Assembly: GCA_012295275.1 (NCBI GenBank) | Contig: CM022679.1 | Coordinates: forward strand, 30,628,001-30,692,000 | Direction: 5' to 3' | From: Chrysomallon squamiferum | Taxonomy: Eukaryota; Animalia; Mollusca | DNA length: 64,000 nucleotides | Part shown: positions 13,129-28,413 of the stretch, piece after piece | Layout: each line of letters starts with the position of its first letter | Numbering within the stretch: position 1 is the stretch's first letter | The notes under the pieces: generated by a model | What the model saw: the letters and a program-made list of their open reading frames with translations, nothing else | What the model was told of the DNA's origin: nothing | The model's database searches: none | Position numbers and translations under genes: made by a program

Positions 13129-13660
13129 AGAAAAAAAGCGAAAAGATTATCGCAGTGTCATCACAATCTAACCTGAGTTGTTTCTGAAACCAATAAACAA
13201 GAAATGATTCCTCCATTTTTGTTACTCGTGAATATTCATGAGGCTGTTATTTCTCGTTCAGGGAATATTAACATCTCTTTGACATGCCTACAGCTAATGA
13301 CTGGGGCTCCAGAGCTGCCTGCGTTGCTTGTCTTTGAAATTACTCTAAGATTTGTCTTCGCATCCTGTTTCACACGATCTCGGTCACGTGATTTCGAAAT
13401 TACGGTCAGTAAGTAAGGAGTGAATGAATGAATGTTTATTCAACGCCATGTTGTTGAAAATAATAACAAAAGTAAATCCTGTTAAAATAACGTGATAAAT
13501 AAAATAACTTATAGTAAATATTGTAATATTGTAATATGCAAGGTTATTTTTTAATTTATTTACCGCTATTGGTGGTGTATTATTGTTATATTGTCATTGT
13601 TATTATATATTATTATCGTTGTTGTTATTGTTGTTATTATTATTGTTGTTGTTGTTGTTT

Positions 13661-13693
<33 letters not shown>

Positions 13694-16600
13694 TTATTAT
13701 TAAGAGATAATAAAAAACAAAACAATCACTATCGCATTTGTCATAAGTACTACGCTAAAAACAAAACAACAGACAAATTGTTATGATAAGAAAAATCCCA
13801 GAGTGAGATGGCTGAGAAATGACCTACCTACCTACCACTCCTCTACGACAATTTAATCACAAACAATTTTTATTTTAGTTATTTATTTGAAGCAAAAATA
13901 AACAATATAGCTTAAAATCAGCAAGTCTTTTTTATCACGTTAATAGGATTTTTTTTGTAGTGGGAATTATAAAAATATTTAACAAAAAAGTTGATATTAG
14001 TTATAAATTCCGTCTTAGTACCTTCGTTTTAATAAATTTTTAATAAATAAATATAGAAAATTCTTTTACACACTACTATTTAAATTAATTTTGAAGGTGC
14101 TCAGTTTGCAATGAATATCAATAAATGCAATTTAGACTATAACAAAATCTGTTTTGAGATTTCATTTTGAAATACAAACCGTTTGTACAGACTTTTAAAC
14201 TCAAAATGTTTCCCAAACACCATCTCCAGAACGAGAACAAGTTTTTTTTTTTTTTTTTATTATTTATCTGGGAAAACAAGAGTTATCTCCTCTAACAAAA
14301 AAACAACAGCAAAAAAAAACTTACTCTTTTATGTGTGAAATGTTGAAAAGACTTTGTTTTTGTCAAAGGGGAAATTAAGCAATGAAGTTTATAGCTGTTC
14401 TTTACAAGCTGAGCCGGGTTTGAATGTTTCCGAATTAGTAGTTCGGATTTAATTTGCGATCAATAATGCTGCTTGCATGGCTATATCGGAGAAACTGCTA
14501 ACTGAATTACGGTCCTTTATGGCAACATGTTCATTATTTTTCGCCGTAAAAGGTGATGATGATGGAAAACAGATGCAAGATGCACGAGAAAATGGCAGTG
14601 TTTTTTATCGGTGCACGACCTGCACGTTAAAACACGTTATGACGATGATAAATAAAAGTTGCCGTCTTCAGAAAAAAAACACTTGTTATCATAATTTATA
14701 TCGTATTGTACTAATTTATGCACGTTTTAAATTTCATTATTTTTTCTCGAACTTTAAAAAAATCATTTTAACTACTATTAACTATTTGTTTATTTGTCAT
14801 TGATCTATGTATATAATGTTTTATGAATAACAACAGTTCATCATCATTTTCATCATCATCTTCATTATTATTATTTGTTACTGAAATAATTATTTAACAA
14901 CAATAGAAATGGTGAAAATAATAGTAGTAAAGGTATTATCTGTAGTGATAACAGCACTATTACTAGTAGTCACAGTAGTATCAGTAAAGATATCATTAAT
15001 ACATGAAGACACTTTTTCATTTGCTAACAGATGTGAATGGATACATTCATATAGATTTACGATAATGATTCATATTACGATCACGTTCGTGTTTACACAG
15101 AGGAAAATTAACGGATTTGAGTCTATCAGCCACATTGGTTTACGGTGATTGGTTATGTTCAAAGTCGCAGAGAATCTATGGGAAGTTACGTTTTAGTAAA
15201 ATCACAGTAGACTTGTGTAACACCCTGACATTTTTTTTTAAAAGATCTTTTCATTTTGCAAAGTCCTAAGCAGTCGTTTCTTCAGTTTTCCATACCTACC
15301 ACAGCTATTGTTTTCGTCATTATCATTATTATTATTATTATTTTTATTGTTGTTATTATTTATCCGACTTTAAAGGAAAAACAAAATTAAGCTTTTTATT
15401 TTTATGATTTTTCTTGCAATTACACATTCACCCACGCTGCTGTTTATTTTCAACATCCAAAAAGTTCAATGCAGCGTTAAAAGTAAACACCAGAGACGAA
15501 TTAAATTGTTTCGAAAAGCAAAATCCTTTTTATACATTAATTCCAAGTGGATGGTGCCCGACATTTTGTTCGTATTGTCATAAAAAAATGTAATTCCTGG
15601 GAGAACATTCGCAACACCGAAATATCATTAGTCCGGAGTCACGTCCTAGTTATTCTTTTTTAATTAAAGCAGGCTTTTCCTAGGCCAAGAGGATCGGAAA
15701 TGGAGTGTAATGTAATCTCGTTTCTTTTAATAATATCTTATAAACGTATTCATAGAAACGTTTGTATTTGCACGAGGATGTATAGTAAATTGTGTGTAAT
15801 ATAACAAAGCCAATAATGAATTAGATTTTTGTTTGCGAAAAAAAAGAAACACAGTCGTTTGTTGTTGACGTAACGATTTTTGTTAACTTTGGTGTCAGGT
15901 TGATTAGTGTGCATTTCCCATAGTCATCTCAGTTACAGATTAATACAGACTTAATCATGCAAATGCAATTCAAATAATAGCTATAATTCTTAATAACTGA
16001 AGCTTTTACCAAAATTTTACCAATATTTTTTTATTCGAATGAGCCCCAAACTGCTTCTGGTTCAATAACATAAGACTGATTACAGTTCATCCCAAATTAC
16101 TTCAAAGAAAGGTTCGGTGTTCTCTTTTCGAAATCGTCGTAAGTTCTGTCGTTAAAAGCAGATCATAATAATTATTCAGATAACTGTACTACGTACAGTC
16201 CACTACCACGATAGCCACTGTTTCGTGAGTACTATCTTCCCTGTAACCAACCATCGTTTTAGATCGTGCGGCACGGTTTGTTTGTCAGATCTCCGTTAAA
16301 TTTCCTTGTTCAGTTTAACCGAAATCGTGGCTAGGATTTGGACAATGCGATTAGCGAAGCCAGCCAGCGGTCATCGCTGGTAACATCTGATTTTTTGTTT
16401 CTCTTACTAGTTAACGTGTTCTTAGTCATTTGGTAATCGCTGGTCCTGAACTCACTGTTTAGCTGTCTTAGTTTTGTTTCAGGCTTCCTCTCTGTCTCTC
16501 TTACTATCTCTCCGTTCAGCCCTGTCCCTTTATCTTTCTATTCCTGTCTCTGTCTGTTTATCTGTCTGTCTCTCTCTCTTCCTCTCTTTTTCTCTCACTC

Positions 16601-18131
16601 GTTGTCTATCTCTGTCTCTGTTTATCTCTGAAGTAAATACATAAAAGTAGTATTTATTGATTGGTGATTTTGTACCTTATTTCTCAATATAAACATCACT
16701 GTATCAGTCATTTATACATATTCTCATACGTCTTGAAATCAGATATTCTAAAACAAATTTCACATTACATAACGTCTATATTTCCTTATTATTATTCTAT
16801 TTAATCCAATCATTTATTTCATAGATTAATATTCTTTATTTCTGACAAATGTATTGTACTGTTTACTTTCACTATGTCATTTCACGAGGATCTCTATGAC
16901 CGAGTTTACCTTCTGTTTCCAGTGCAAGTCCAACCACCGCTTAAAAGTTCAAAATAATTACAGACATGCAACATTTAGAACAGGAAGCAACGAGCAACTG
17001 GGATTTACGATGACAGCCATTGTTGTCACATTACTGCAAGTGTGTGACATGCACAGTCCTCCGATGAAAATTTACAAGAGTGCAAATCAGTTAATTGTTT
17101 TAAATAACACTCAAGAGAGTGTAAAATGTAACTTTTACTATGGCAACTCTTTCGCTTGAAAGTGGAAACAAAAAACAAACAAACAAACAAACAAAAAATA
17201 AAAAAAATACGAAGGATGATGGATAACAGGACCGATAATCCGTGGTAAAACGATAGAGTTATTTCCCTTCCCATTCAGTTCAAGTTTATTAAACGGCATG
17301 GTACGTGTTGCCCTCTCAAATTGTCTATAAATGAAACTTTGATGCTAACTGGTTAATGTAACCTATCAGTGGCGATTGGTTTTTTTTCCTGTAATTATTA
17401 TTCAGTAAAACACATTTTCAAAAAAAATCTTCACATTAAAATGTTTGGAGGTGGCAGTGAGATAATGTTTATTAATTCATCAGATTCCAGATCGATTTTA
17501 TACCCAGTGTTATTTAATATTCGGCATTCTTTTATCTCAAACTGTTTGAATATATCTCGGAGCAGCAGCTAATTTGATCAGCTCTTGTGAATGGAGACAG
17601 AACAGCATCATCCTATTACTCGCAGCGACAAAACAGCGACACATTTTGTAGGATTTGATCTGGATTTATTTGTCCATTAATACCGTTATACTAACCCGCA
17701 GTCCGGCCATCGATTGTGCAATAAAGAGAAAGTGAGAGAGAATAAGAGACGGAGAAAGAGGCTGGAGAAAGGCCGAAAGTAAATTGTTCCGTACATCCGT
17801 AGTGATTCTTTAAAAACGTGATCTCCATTTCCACGAATTTGTTAACTGCGATTTCAGAAGCAGTTGCCGTAGCCTGCACCAACTGCACGCGTCTGACGTT
17901 CTACGTCTGTTCTTGATAAATATAACACTGAGAGAAACACGCGTCAACACAGAGAACTAACCAAGTGTAGTGAAAAGACTGCATGATATTGAGTTCGTTT
18001 TAAACGAGTGAGTGTACCCACTTTCCAACATATGATGCTAACGGCTGTTAGAGTTTTATAACGATGAAAAGACGATGTGTCTTTGCAGCGAGCTACTCTT
18101 ATTATTTATCAGCGTACATTAAATAAATAAC

Positions 18132-18255
<124 letters not shown>

Positions 18256-18858
18256 TTGATTTCTATTAGTGTTTTGAGTTAAATGAAAGAAAAGACAATA
18301 ATAATAATACACTGTACAGATTATGTAATCAAATTAATTACAGAAAGCACGATCACCGCGAAACCAAAACTGTTTTATGTGCTGTTTACCTGTCTCGAGG
18401 ATTTTACACACAGAACTCCGCCATTAATTGGAAGACGTCTGAAACTGGTTTGGGTTTGCCGTGTCATCCCACTGTGTAAAGAGATCGTTTCGTTCGTTAG
18501 ACATCTGATATAGGTAATGTAAGTAATTCATTCATGAAAAGGATTCCACAAGGACTTAAGACGTGTCTGGAAACCACTGAAGCGTGCAGCAGACATTTTG
18601 ATTTTCTCTCAGTCACCGACACTGGATATTAGTCCAGAAATGTCGGCAATTAAACACGTCGTGGCCGTAGTTCCTATGATTAAACGGAACAAACTGATGA
18701 ACTGAATAGTCTGTATGATAGCACGTAATAATATTAACTGAGGGAGGGTCGGGGAGAAAAAGGGATGGAATGGTAAGAGAGACTGAGAGACTTGGGTAAA
18801 TAAATATATAGGGACAGATAGATATAAAGATAAAAACAGAAAGAGAGGGAGAAGAGAC

Positions 18859-19059
<201 letters not shown>

Positions 19060-19439
19060 AGATATTATAATAAACGTCAAATATGTTTTTGTATGAACCT
19101 TCCCATAACCGTAAACATCAAGCAACTGGAGCTTTTATAAATCGGAAATTGTACACATCGGGATTATTTAAGGAGAGGTTTTAATCCAGTGATCTGCAAG
19201 CAAGAACTCTATCACAGCTATATCGACTTTAACAAAAGACAGAAAGAAATTTCGTTGATAAGAGTATGGAATGTCATAATAAGAGAGAAACAGAGAGAAT
19301 GAGAGAGATGGAGAAAGAGATAAAATAATATGAGTGAAAAGAAAAAAACATAAGAAGAGATATAATTTAAATTTTAAGTTTTAAAAGCAAGAACTGACAG
19401 TATGATACCTTAGTTATAATGAACACCATTGTAATACTA

Positions 19440-19457
19440 TAACCCTAACCCTAACCC
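19440..19457 (-). repeat. Interstitial telomeric-type repeat (TTAGGG)x3
   Basis: TAACCCTAACCCTAACCC. Confidence 0.7.
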
Positions 19458-19460
19458 ATA

Positions 19461-19491
19461 TACTGTCCACCTACTTTTGAACCACCCTGTA
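19461..19491 (-). mobile_element. Solo terminal inverted repeat of a Tc1/mariner-like DNA transposon
   Basis: The reverse complement reads TA|CAGGGTGGTTCAAAAGTAGGTGGACAGTA, a typical TA|CAGGGTG Tc1/mariner end, followed by a (TA)n run consistent with a TA target site. No partner end was found. Confidence 0.55.
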
Positions 19492-19931
19492 TATATATAT
19501 ATATATGATTTAAACGAAATTTAAACAGAGACGACACTAATTGAAGCAAATAATCTTTAACACAGTCTCTTCCCCTTGGTACTTCATCATCACCGCGCAT
19601 GCGTATAAAAATAGTACAGTTTCGAGCGGAAATTAAACGTCACAGGATATTCTCGAATTGCATCATGGAACTGACAGTTGGCGGATCATGTTTGGCACTG
19701 AGTGGGTTAGTTTGAGCGGCGTGCGTCAGTATTCTTGCCAAGAGGCTCCATGTCTCTGTAGGAATGTGAATGGATTTGACAAATTGCTTTAATGATAACG
19801 TTCTGGAACTGTTAGGTTAAAATAAAACGAGCAAAACGTTTAAACATTTGTTTGCACTTTGCGTTTTAAATTAGGAATAGCTAATGAAAGAGATATGTGT
19901 TAATCTAAATGAGAATTTCAAAATTGCCTGG

Positions 19932-19992
<61 letters not shown>

Positions 19993-20180
19993 ATAGAAAT
20001 ATAAATAGATATATACAGAGAGAAACAGATATCAGCTGGACAAACAGATATATATACAGACAGACAGACTGATAGATAGGTAACAGATATCCAAATAGAT
20101 AAACAGAGAGACAGTCAGACAGATCGATCTATCGAAAGATAAAGAAATAACTAAAGAGAGATCGATACAGAGACAGACAC

Positions 20181-20379
<199 letters not shown>

Positions 20380-21709
20380 AAGATAGGGAAAGGGACAGAA
20401 AAATTAAAAATTTTATTGTCAGATATGCAACATTATATCCGATATGAAAATTAATAATAATAATAATAATAATGATGATGATAATGATAATAATGATAAT
20501 GATAATAATAATAATGATAATAATAATAGTAATAATAATAACAATAATAATAATAATATTAAAAGGTACATATGTACGCAGTTTGTTTGTTGTGTTATTA
20601 GTAAAAAATATATTATCGATTGAGCGACCTAATGTTTGTTTTCTCATTACCTATTTTGTCATTACATAAATAATATATTTATTATGATAACAAAACGTAC
20701 ATGAAAACTGCACTGAATGCATCGTGAAATAAAACTATTTCTTTCTTACTCTGGGTTTATTTTGTATTCACGAGGTGTCGTGGTGTGGGCAGTAGACTTC
20801 CAAGAGGAAAGAGTTCTCGTCAGTTTGTTTTTAATTCTCTTCATTTTTGAACTGACTGCTAAGTGAAGCTGATAGTGGAGCAAAGTGAAGACGTCCGTAG
20901 AAGCATGGAAACTCTAGTGGTGGTGGAAGTAATAGTAATAGTAGCAGTAGTAGTAATAGTAATAGTAGTAAATATAGATGTAGTAGAGTAGGAGCAGCCA
21001 AATTAGTAATAGTTGTAGTAGTTGTAGTAGTAGTAGTATTAGTAGCAGTAGTAGTAGGAGTAGTAATAATAGTAGTAGTAGTAGTCAAAACAACAGCAAT
21101 GTAATAATAATAATGATAATAGATAATGATGATGATGATAATAACGATAATGATTATGGTAATAATGATGATGACAATAATAATAGACATTGTACTACAA
21201 AATTATATACAATTAAGTAACAAAATAACGTTTTATTTTTTTTAAATTTTTTTAATTTTTTTTTTTATAAAATACCCCATGTTTTTGACTCAGAAATTTG
21301 CTTGAATCTTTCGAATAAAATTATATTTCTGTACTGTTAAGATGAAGTACCAACTGAATGGCAAAATATCATACAAATAAACTCTGTTTATAGTAACATA
21401 GATTTGAGACACTTATCTGAAAAGTAGAAAGGTTTGCTGATATGAGATTATACGTTCTTTGAAATAATAATTTAAAAAAAATCATTACTGTGATTTGAAA
21501 TAAATGTACCAGGCCCATTTATCCTGCTTTAAGAAAACCGGCTTTAGAGGTGAGATAATTTTCATTTATTAAAAATATAGAAAATCTGGATCACCTTCCG
21601 TCCCCCTAAATCTGAAATCTGAAAGAAACAAGTTGTTATAAACGCAACAAGTGAAAAAATTATTCTACTATTTTCTCAGACTCCAACCCCGTATTATTTA
21701 AAATAACTG

Positions 21710-21740
<31 letters not shown>

Positions 21741-22086
21741 GTTATAAAATAAACACATCTATAATCATAATTCGGCGATTTTCGTCACAACAACACACTT
21801 ATAACGACATCGCCGACATCGTAACGGTCCTACTCCAACTTGCTGTTGTTGTGTCAACGCCATCATCACGAATAAAACGCTTCGTGAGTTGTTCACACAG
21901 CAATTCAATACGATTCCGCGCAGCTTTCTGGCGTTCGTATTAAAATCGAAAACCACAGTTCGCTTAGTGGCGTTGCATAAGGAACAGATTCTCAATAGCA
22001 CGTAATACGAGTGAATGTGTCTGCAAGAGGAACGCGGACCGATGTAAGGTATTTTGTTTAGTTGATGTCAACGTGTGTCTGATTTT

Positions 22087-22117
<31 letters not shown>

Positions 22118-23769
22118 GAAAACGTCGTTTGCCAAGTTAAGGTAAGAATAGTTAGTTCTTGTTTTGTTTTCTTTCGACTTTTTCTTTTTTTACTTTGTCT
22201 GAACTTACTTTTTTTCTTTCGCTCATTATTTTTTCTCTTTTTTTTTTGATGATTTCTGATGTCTTCTGTTTGTTTTTTGTTTTTTTGTTGTTTTTTCTCG
22301 CGTATTTTTTGTTTTTTTTATCTTTCTGTTTTGTTCATATATCTCATTATATGAATTAAATTATATCTAATATATATATTTTTTTATTCGTTTTGGTTTG
22401 TTTCATTTTCCTACATTACCTTTTTTATTTTAGGTTACTGTTAATTGTTTAGTTTTTCTTTTCTTCTTTTTCTTGTTTTTTCCTTTCTTTTTCCCTCATT
22501 ATTTCTTTTCATTTCTTTCTTTCTTTCTTTTTTACCTTTAGTTCTTATGTTACTCATTTTTCCTTCTTTCTTTCTCTTTACTGTTAAATTTACAGAAACG
22601 TTCAAAGAGTTTTATAATAGTTGTAAGTGCATGAATACTGTTCGTCTCATAATTTCATCTCATAAATATAATGATCATTATTACATCTTCTTCTTCCTAT
22701 TTTCCTTCGTCAGCAGCAACCTTTTCTTCTTTTTCTTCTTCTTCTTCTTACTGCTGTAATTGTTGTTTCATTACACAATCATCGTTTATTTATGTATTTA
22801 TTTGTTTGTTTGTTTGTTTGTGTGTTTCTGTTTTGCTGTTGTTGTTGTGCTTATTGTTGTTCGTTTTGTTGTTATTATTATTGTTGTTTTAATGATAATT
22901 ATATTTATAACATTTTAGATTATCCTCGATTGAACAAACTATCAAAAACAAATCCAGATTGAATGAAACTAAATCCTAGTTATATTTATCTGTTTAGTTT
23001 TTAAATCAAGGACTCAACACAACATTAAACTGCACTTGTTACTTTTCAGTTTTAATTAAATCACTCAACTGTTTGGGTATTTTATAACTTTTCCTATTTT
23101 AAATTAAATAACTAAAAACATATATCCTTCCAGTTTTTATTTATTTATTTGTCTCAAGTAACACAGTAATGTGTTTTTCTGATATAAATATATCAGGTAA
23201 TAATTATGACTTGTTACCTTACTAAGAGAATTTTAATTCAGCGAGAGAATGAATTTCATTTAACCATCAATCTAACTTGTGTTAGTAAGTAAACGGTATC
23301 AAATCTATTATTTTCTGTTGAAACTATAACCTCAAAATTGCAGTCGCCATTATCATTGTTTTGCTGTTCGCACTGAAAAAGTTAAATATATAGGGTGGAA
23401 TTCCTAATTAGCAAAAAGGAGTCATTTTTATGAACCTATTCATAAACAGCAAAGCACATGTCAGATATTTAGAAAATATTAACTGAGTTCTGGCTGGAAC
23501 GGGAAATGGTGAAAATCGAGGTGTCAAGAGGAACTGATTTAGTTGCTAGTAATTCTTCAAACTACACTACAAAGCTCTTAATGTCTTCTCTTATCGTGTT
23601 TTACTTTCTCTAATCTCCATCAATTAGTCGTTTCAAACATTATTATGACATTCCATTACCAGCTAGATTCTGCATGAACAAATAAAAAAATAAATGTCAG
23701 TAAATAAATAAATAAATAAATATAAATAAATTAATAAATAAATAAAATAAAATAAAATAAATAAATAAG

Positions 23770-23840
<71 letters not shown>

Positions 23841-23897
23841 ACAAAAAAAAAAATAAAATAAAAAATAAAATAAAAGATAAATAAATAAACAAAAACA

Positions 23898-23932
<35 letters not shown>

Positions 23933-24537
23933 AAAATAGAAATAAAAAACAAACCTATCCTACATCACCGTTATTTAACTTTATCATCTAAAACCAAAAT
24001 TTTTTTTTTTTTTTTTTTTTTTTTTAAATATAAAATCAGTGAAAAAAAAACCCAGGAAGAAGAAGATTATTTTCAAAACTCTCAATCAAAAACACTTTTT
24101 GACATCATGGCATCAAATCGTACTCTATCAATGTGCGGCGGAGTGTAAGGAATTTCTGACTTTGTGTGATAAATGTCTGATCACGTGTTCTTAACGACAC
24201 AAACAATCTGTAACCAAACAATACTTTTCTTTTTTTCTTCTATTTTTTTTTTTTTTTTGGCCTCTCTCTCTCTCTCCTTCTTCACAAAGAGAAGACACGT
24301 TTGAAAAATGATCGTTGAAAAAGTAAATTATTAGGTGAATATTTGTTGCTCGAATTAGGCTATGGTATGATGCTTTTGATGCAACGATCCTTGCAGCATA
24401 ACTAGCTCAGTTATAAAGCGTGGGTAATTGGGTCCAGATGATGAGGGATCAGATGAGAGGACATTTATGCGAGAAGCGTGTCAGGGGATGAAATGGCGGG
24501 CCGATGATAGATGATGACGCAAACGACGGTCTAGCTG

Positions 24538-24570
<33 letters not shown>

Positions 24571-24675
24571 CAGAAGCAAGCCAGGATTCTTTATTTCAGA
24601 TCAAATGTCGGGTTTGATTAAAACATGTAAATATAAAAATTTGGAGATATTTTTCTTGAATATATGTGCCAAATA

Positions 24676-24684
24676 TTATTATTA

Positions 24685-24751
<67 letters not shown>

Positions 24752-24782
24752 GCTGTTATTATTATTATTATTATTATTATTG

Positions 24783-24841
<59 letters not shown>

Positions 24842-24867
24842 GTTGTCATCATTATTATTATTATTGC

Positions 24868-24901
<34 letters not shown>

Positions 24902-24905
24902 GTTG
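24676..24905 (+). repeat. (ATT)n microsatellite
   Basis: Trinucleotide run; source of the poly-I/L/Y ORFs. Confidence 0.96.
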
Positions 24906-26158
24906 ATATTATTTTTATCATCATTGATGATACTACTACTTTTACTACTATCATCAGATTATTATTACTACTACTATTATATGAAACTTATGTAATCAAA
25001 GTCCCTAATTGTAAGAGGTATCACTTTCAAAACGAAAAACAAAATTATCAGTCAATTTGAGGTGTGTGGATGTGAAAAGACCGGACAAAAATTTCAGTTT
25101 GTTAAAAGTTGTCTTCTGTTGGTTAAAGATATTTTCATTGCTGTCAACATAATTAGCAAATTATGTTAAAATGCAGCATTAGTTCTTTGTTGCGACATTC
25201 TGTGCGCTGATATCGTCAGAATAATAATCACTGTTGATTGCTGTCATGGATTTTTTTTTTTTGTCGTTGGTTATTATTTATGCCTGGGAAAGAAGAGTGA
25301 AGAAACGAGACTGTTTGAAAATCAACATGAACAGTAAATAATGATTTGTTATTTCAAAGACGTCATGTATTTTTGAAAGTAGTAAGCGTGAAAAACGAAC
25401 TGTTTTAACAGTCAAAGAAAATAACGACTCTATTTTTCTGATCCACACACACAAACACACATACACATACGTACTCATATATATATATATATATATAAAT
25501 ACACACACATACACGCATACATACACATATAAGTATATTATCTTCATAACAAAACAGTGACACATAGCAAATGCTCATAATAAGAAAACATCAGCGATCA
25601 TTGTTACAGATTTGATCGGTTGCAGGGTATCAGTAATAATTCGCTGGTTATTTTCGACACATGGGTAATAAGCAATTCACAATAAGTGTTATCTGAACTT
25701 CTTCTTCTTCTTCTGGACTTGGTGGGTCGCAAAGTGGGTCAATCGTTAACCATATCGTGACTGACCGAATAAAGGCAATTTGCCGAAAACTCTGAGCCCG
25801 TCTTTCTGAGTCCAGTTTACAACGAACTTGTTTAGATCCCTTTTCTTTTGAATTCAGCTTAAAAGTGGACATTTAGACCGTGAGAAGGATTTCCGACAGA
25901 ATGAGTGGCTTCACTGGAAGAGAAACACGAGGACGGGTGCAGTTTCAGGAAAGAGTTTCGTGCTGTCAGCACGTGATGTCGTTAGTGAATGGTTGTGTTT
26001 GTTAGATTGTGTGTGTTTGTTTTTGTGGCGTGGAAGGATACGGGTTCGGGTCCATGAGTCGATGGTTCATTTAGCGATATCTGAGTTGCTGTCGTTTTAT
26101 TAAATTTGTCTGCGTGTTTGAATGTGTGTATGTGTTTAACTGAGTTTTAACAGTTTTT

Positions 26159-26299
<141 letters not shown>

Positions 26300-27330
26300 G
26301 TCTGTCTGTCTCTATATATGTATGTCCACATATATACATACACATATGTATATCTGAATATATATGTTTGTAGTGTATCTGTGTGTATGGATAATTGTAT
26401 GTGTGAGTGTGTATATGTGTAAGAGAGAGATAGAGAGACTGAAGAATGCGAAACAGAAGAGAGGAAAAAAGAAAAAAGATACAACAACAATCTCTGATAG
26501 TCAGATTAAACAATATTTAGAAAATATGGAAAAGCAAATACTTAGTTCATAAAGTCAGAGCGCTGATGAATTAGAACGTGAAAAAAAAAAATGGAAGCAC
26601 ATATTGGAATCTCAACATCTTATTTCTTTCATCTATACAAATCACCCAGTTAGTCGGGAATGGTCAAAGTTAAAACCGATTACAAAATATTTTTCTCTCG
26701 AGTCAAACTGATCTTGTGAAATTCTGGATAACCTCCCACTCGAAAATGTCACATTCAATTATAATAACTCAGCAGAAATCAAAACATACAGCGATCTATA
26801 TGTGATATAAAACTCTGAAAATATTTGTTTTCCATCAAGAAAAAGACTGCTTTGCTAGTCTCAAGTATCGAAGAGTGGTCGTTTGTCCAGTATGTTTGGG
26901 CAGTGACCGATTCTTGCAGAATTCAGAGCTGCATCCAAACATTCCGGTCACATTATTACAATACAAAAATCTTATATTCTTCGAACGTAAAGTCGTATAA
27001 ACAACGCTTTATATTCCATTGTAACTGTACTTTCTGTGGTGTAATAAAACGATAATTAGGAAAGATGATTTTTTCCACTGGTTCACTGATTATAACATAA
27101 TAATTATAAAATAATAATTATAAATTTCAAAAAAAAATAAATGTAAGTTATATTGTTTATCCAAGATCTTAGTAATATTGTCGTGTATTATTGTATGTCG
27201 TCTTATTGATATATATATAAAAATATATTTCGACGCTATCCAAAAAAGTCTATCTATTTGTACGTTTTATAATGTAAGATATATTGTTATAACCATTTAA
27301 TAACATTATTTTAAAGAATTATATGTATAT

Positions 27331-27450
27331 GTGTATGTATGTATGTATGTATGTATGTATGTATGTATGTATGTATGTATGTATGTATGTATGTATGTAT
27401 GTATGTGTGTGTATGTATGTATGTATGTATGTATGTATGTATGTATGTAT

Positions 27451-27533
<83 letters not shown>
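27331..27533 (+). repeat. Compound (TATG)n-(GT)n microsatellite
   Basis: Visible runs. Confidence 0.96.
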
Positions 27534-27538
<5 letters not shown>

Positions 27539-28063
27539 CTGTTATTTTGAATATACATGTATTTCAGTCAGCACTGAAATTGTTAATGTTTGTAGTGAAG
27601 GTTAATTTCCTATTTGTTAATCCTCTGCGTTGCAGTGTGAGTCGAATATTTTTAATTTATTGTACAAAGTGTATGAGCCAAAATTCCTATAGCAAACAAA
27701 AAGGCATCTGTTCAGGAATTGAGACTAGTTATTATGAAAATACATAGCTAACATTCTTATATCTATATCACCTAATTACTGCTCTTAGGTTTTGACCAAG
27801 GACAAAATCATTTTTTTTTTTTTTCATAATTTTCTCATTCTCATCAAAAGCAACGAGTACTATAAAAATTATCTTCTTGGATAATTGGCGTAAGGAATTT
27901 TTCGTTTTTGAGATAAAAAAAGATTCAAAATGTAAGCAAGACTTTTAGGAACGATAAGTAGGTAAGAAAAATACTTTCATCTTAATTAGTTAATTATGCT
28001 CAATTTCAGTTCACTTCTTGTTTGTAGAAATACTTCGTCTAAACAACTTGACTTGATAAGCAC

Positions 28064-28410
28064 CGTTCATTTGTGCCGTTAACTCGAATAACCGATTATC
28101 TTATGCCATCATTATGTGAATAACGGTATAAATGAACGGTTATTTGAATAACGATGTATATAAATGATTATTTGAATAACGGTACCGAATAAACAATTAT
28201 TTTTAACGGTATAAATAAAGGGTTTTTGAAACAACGGTATATATAAACGATTATTCGAATAACAGTACCGAATAAACATTTATTTGAATAACGGCATATA
28301 CAAACAGTATTTTGAATAAGGAAAAAAACGACAACAAAACAACACACAAACACAAAAATAAACAGTTATAAAGGTTATCAGATAACCGTATATTTATAGT
28401 TATTGAAATT
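28064..28410 (+). repeat. Degenerate ~27-28 bp minisatellite (unit approx. GAATAACGGTATAAATGAACGGTTATTT)
   Basis: About 8 recognisable tandem units between 28118 and 28320, with further decayed units on both sides. Confidence 0.85.
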
Positions 28411-28413
28411 ACT

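Noticed and set aside
19683-19749. Hairpin with a miR-96-like TTTGGCACT seed
   Set aside because: Only 7+4 bp with a 6-nt bulge, and the 3' half is unlike known family members.
26560-26590. CTGATGA...GAAA hammerhead-like cores (also checked ~18694, 33834, 43991 and 56546)
   Set aside because: No stem II or flanking stems can be formed.
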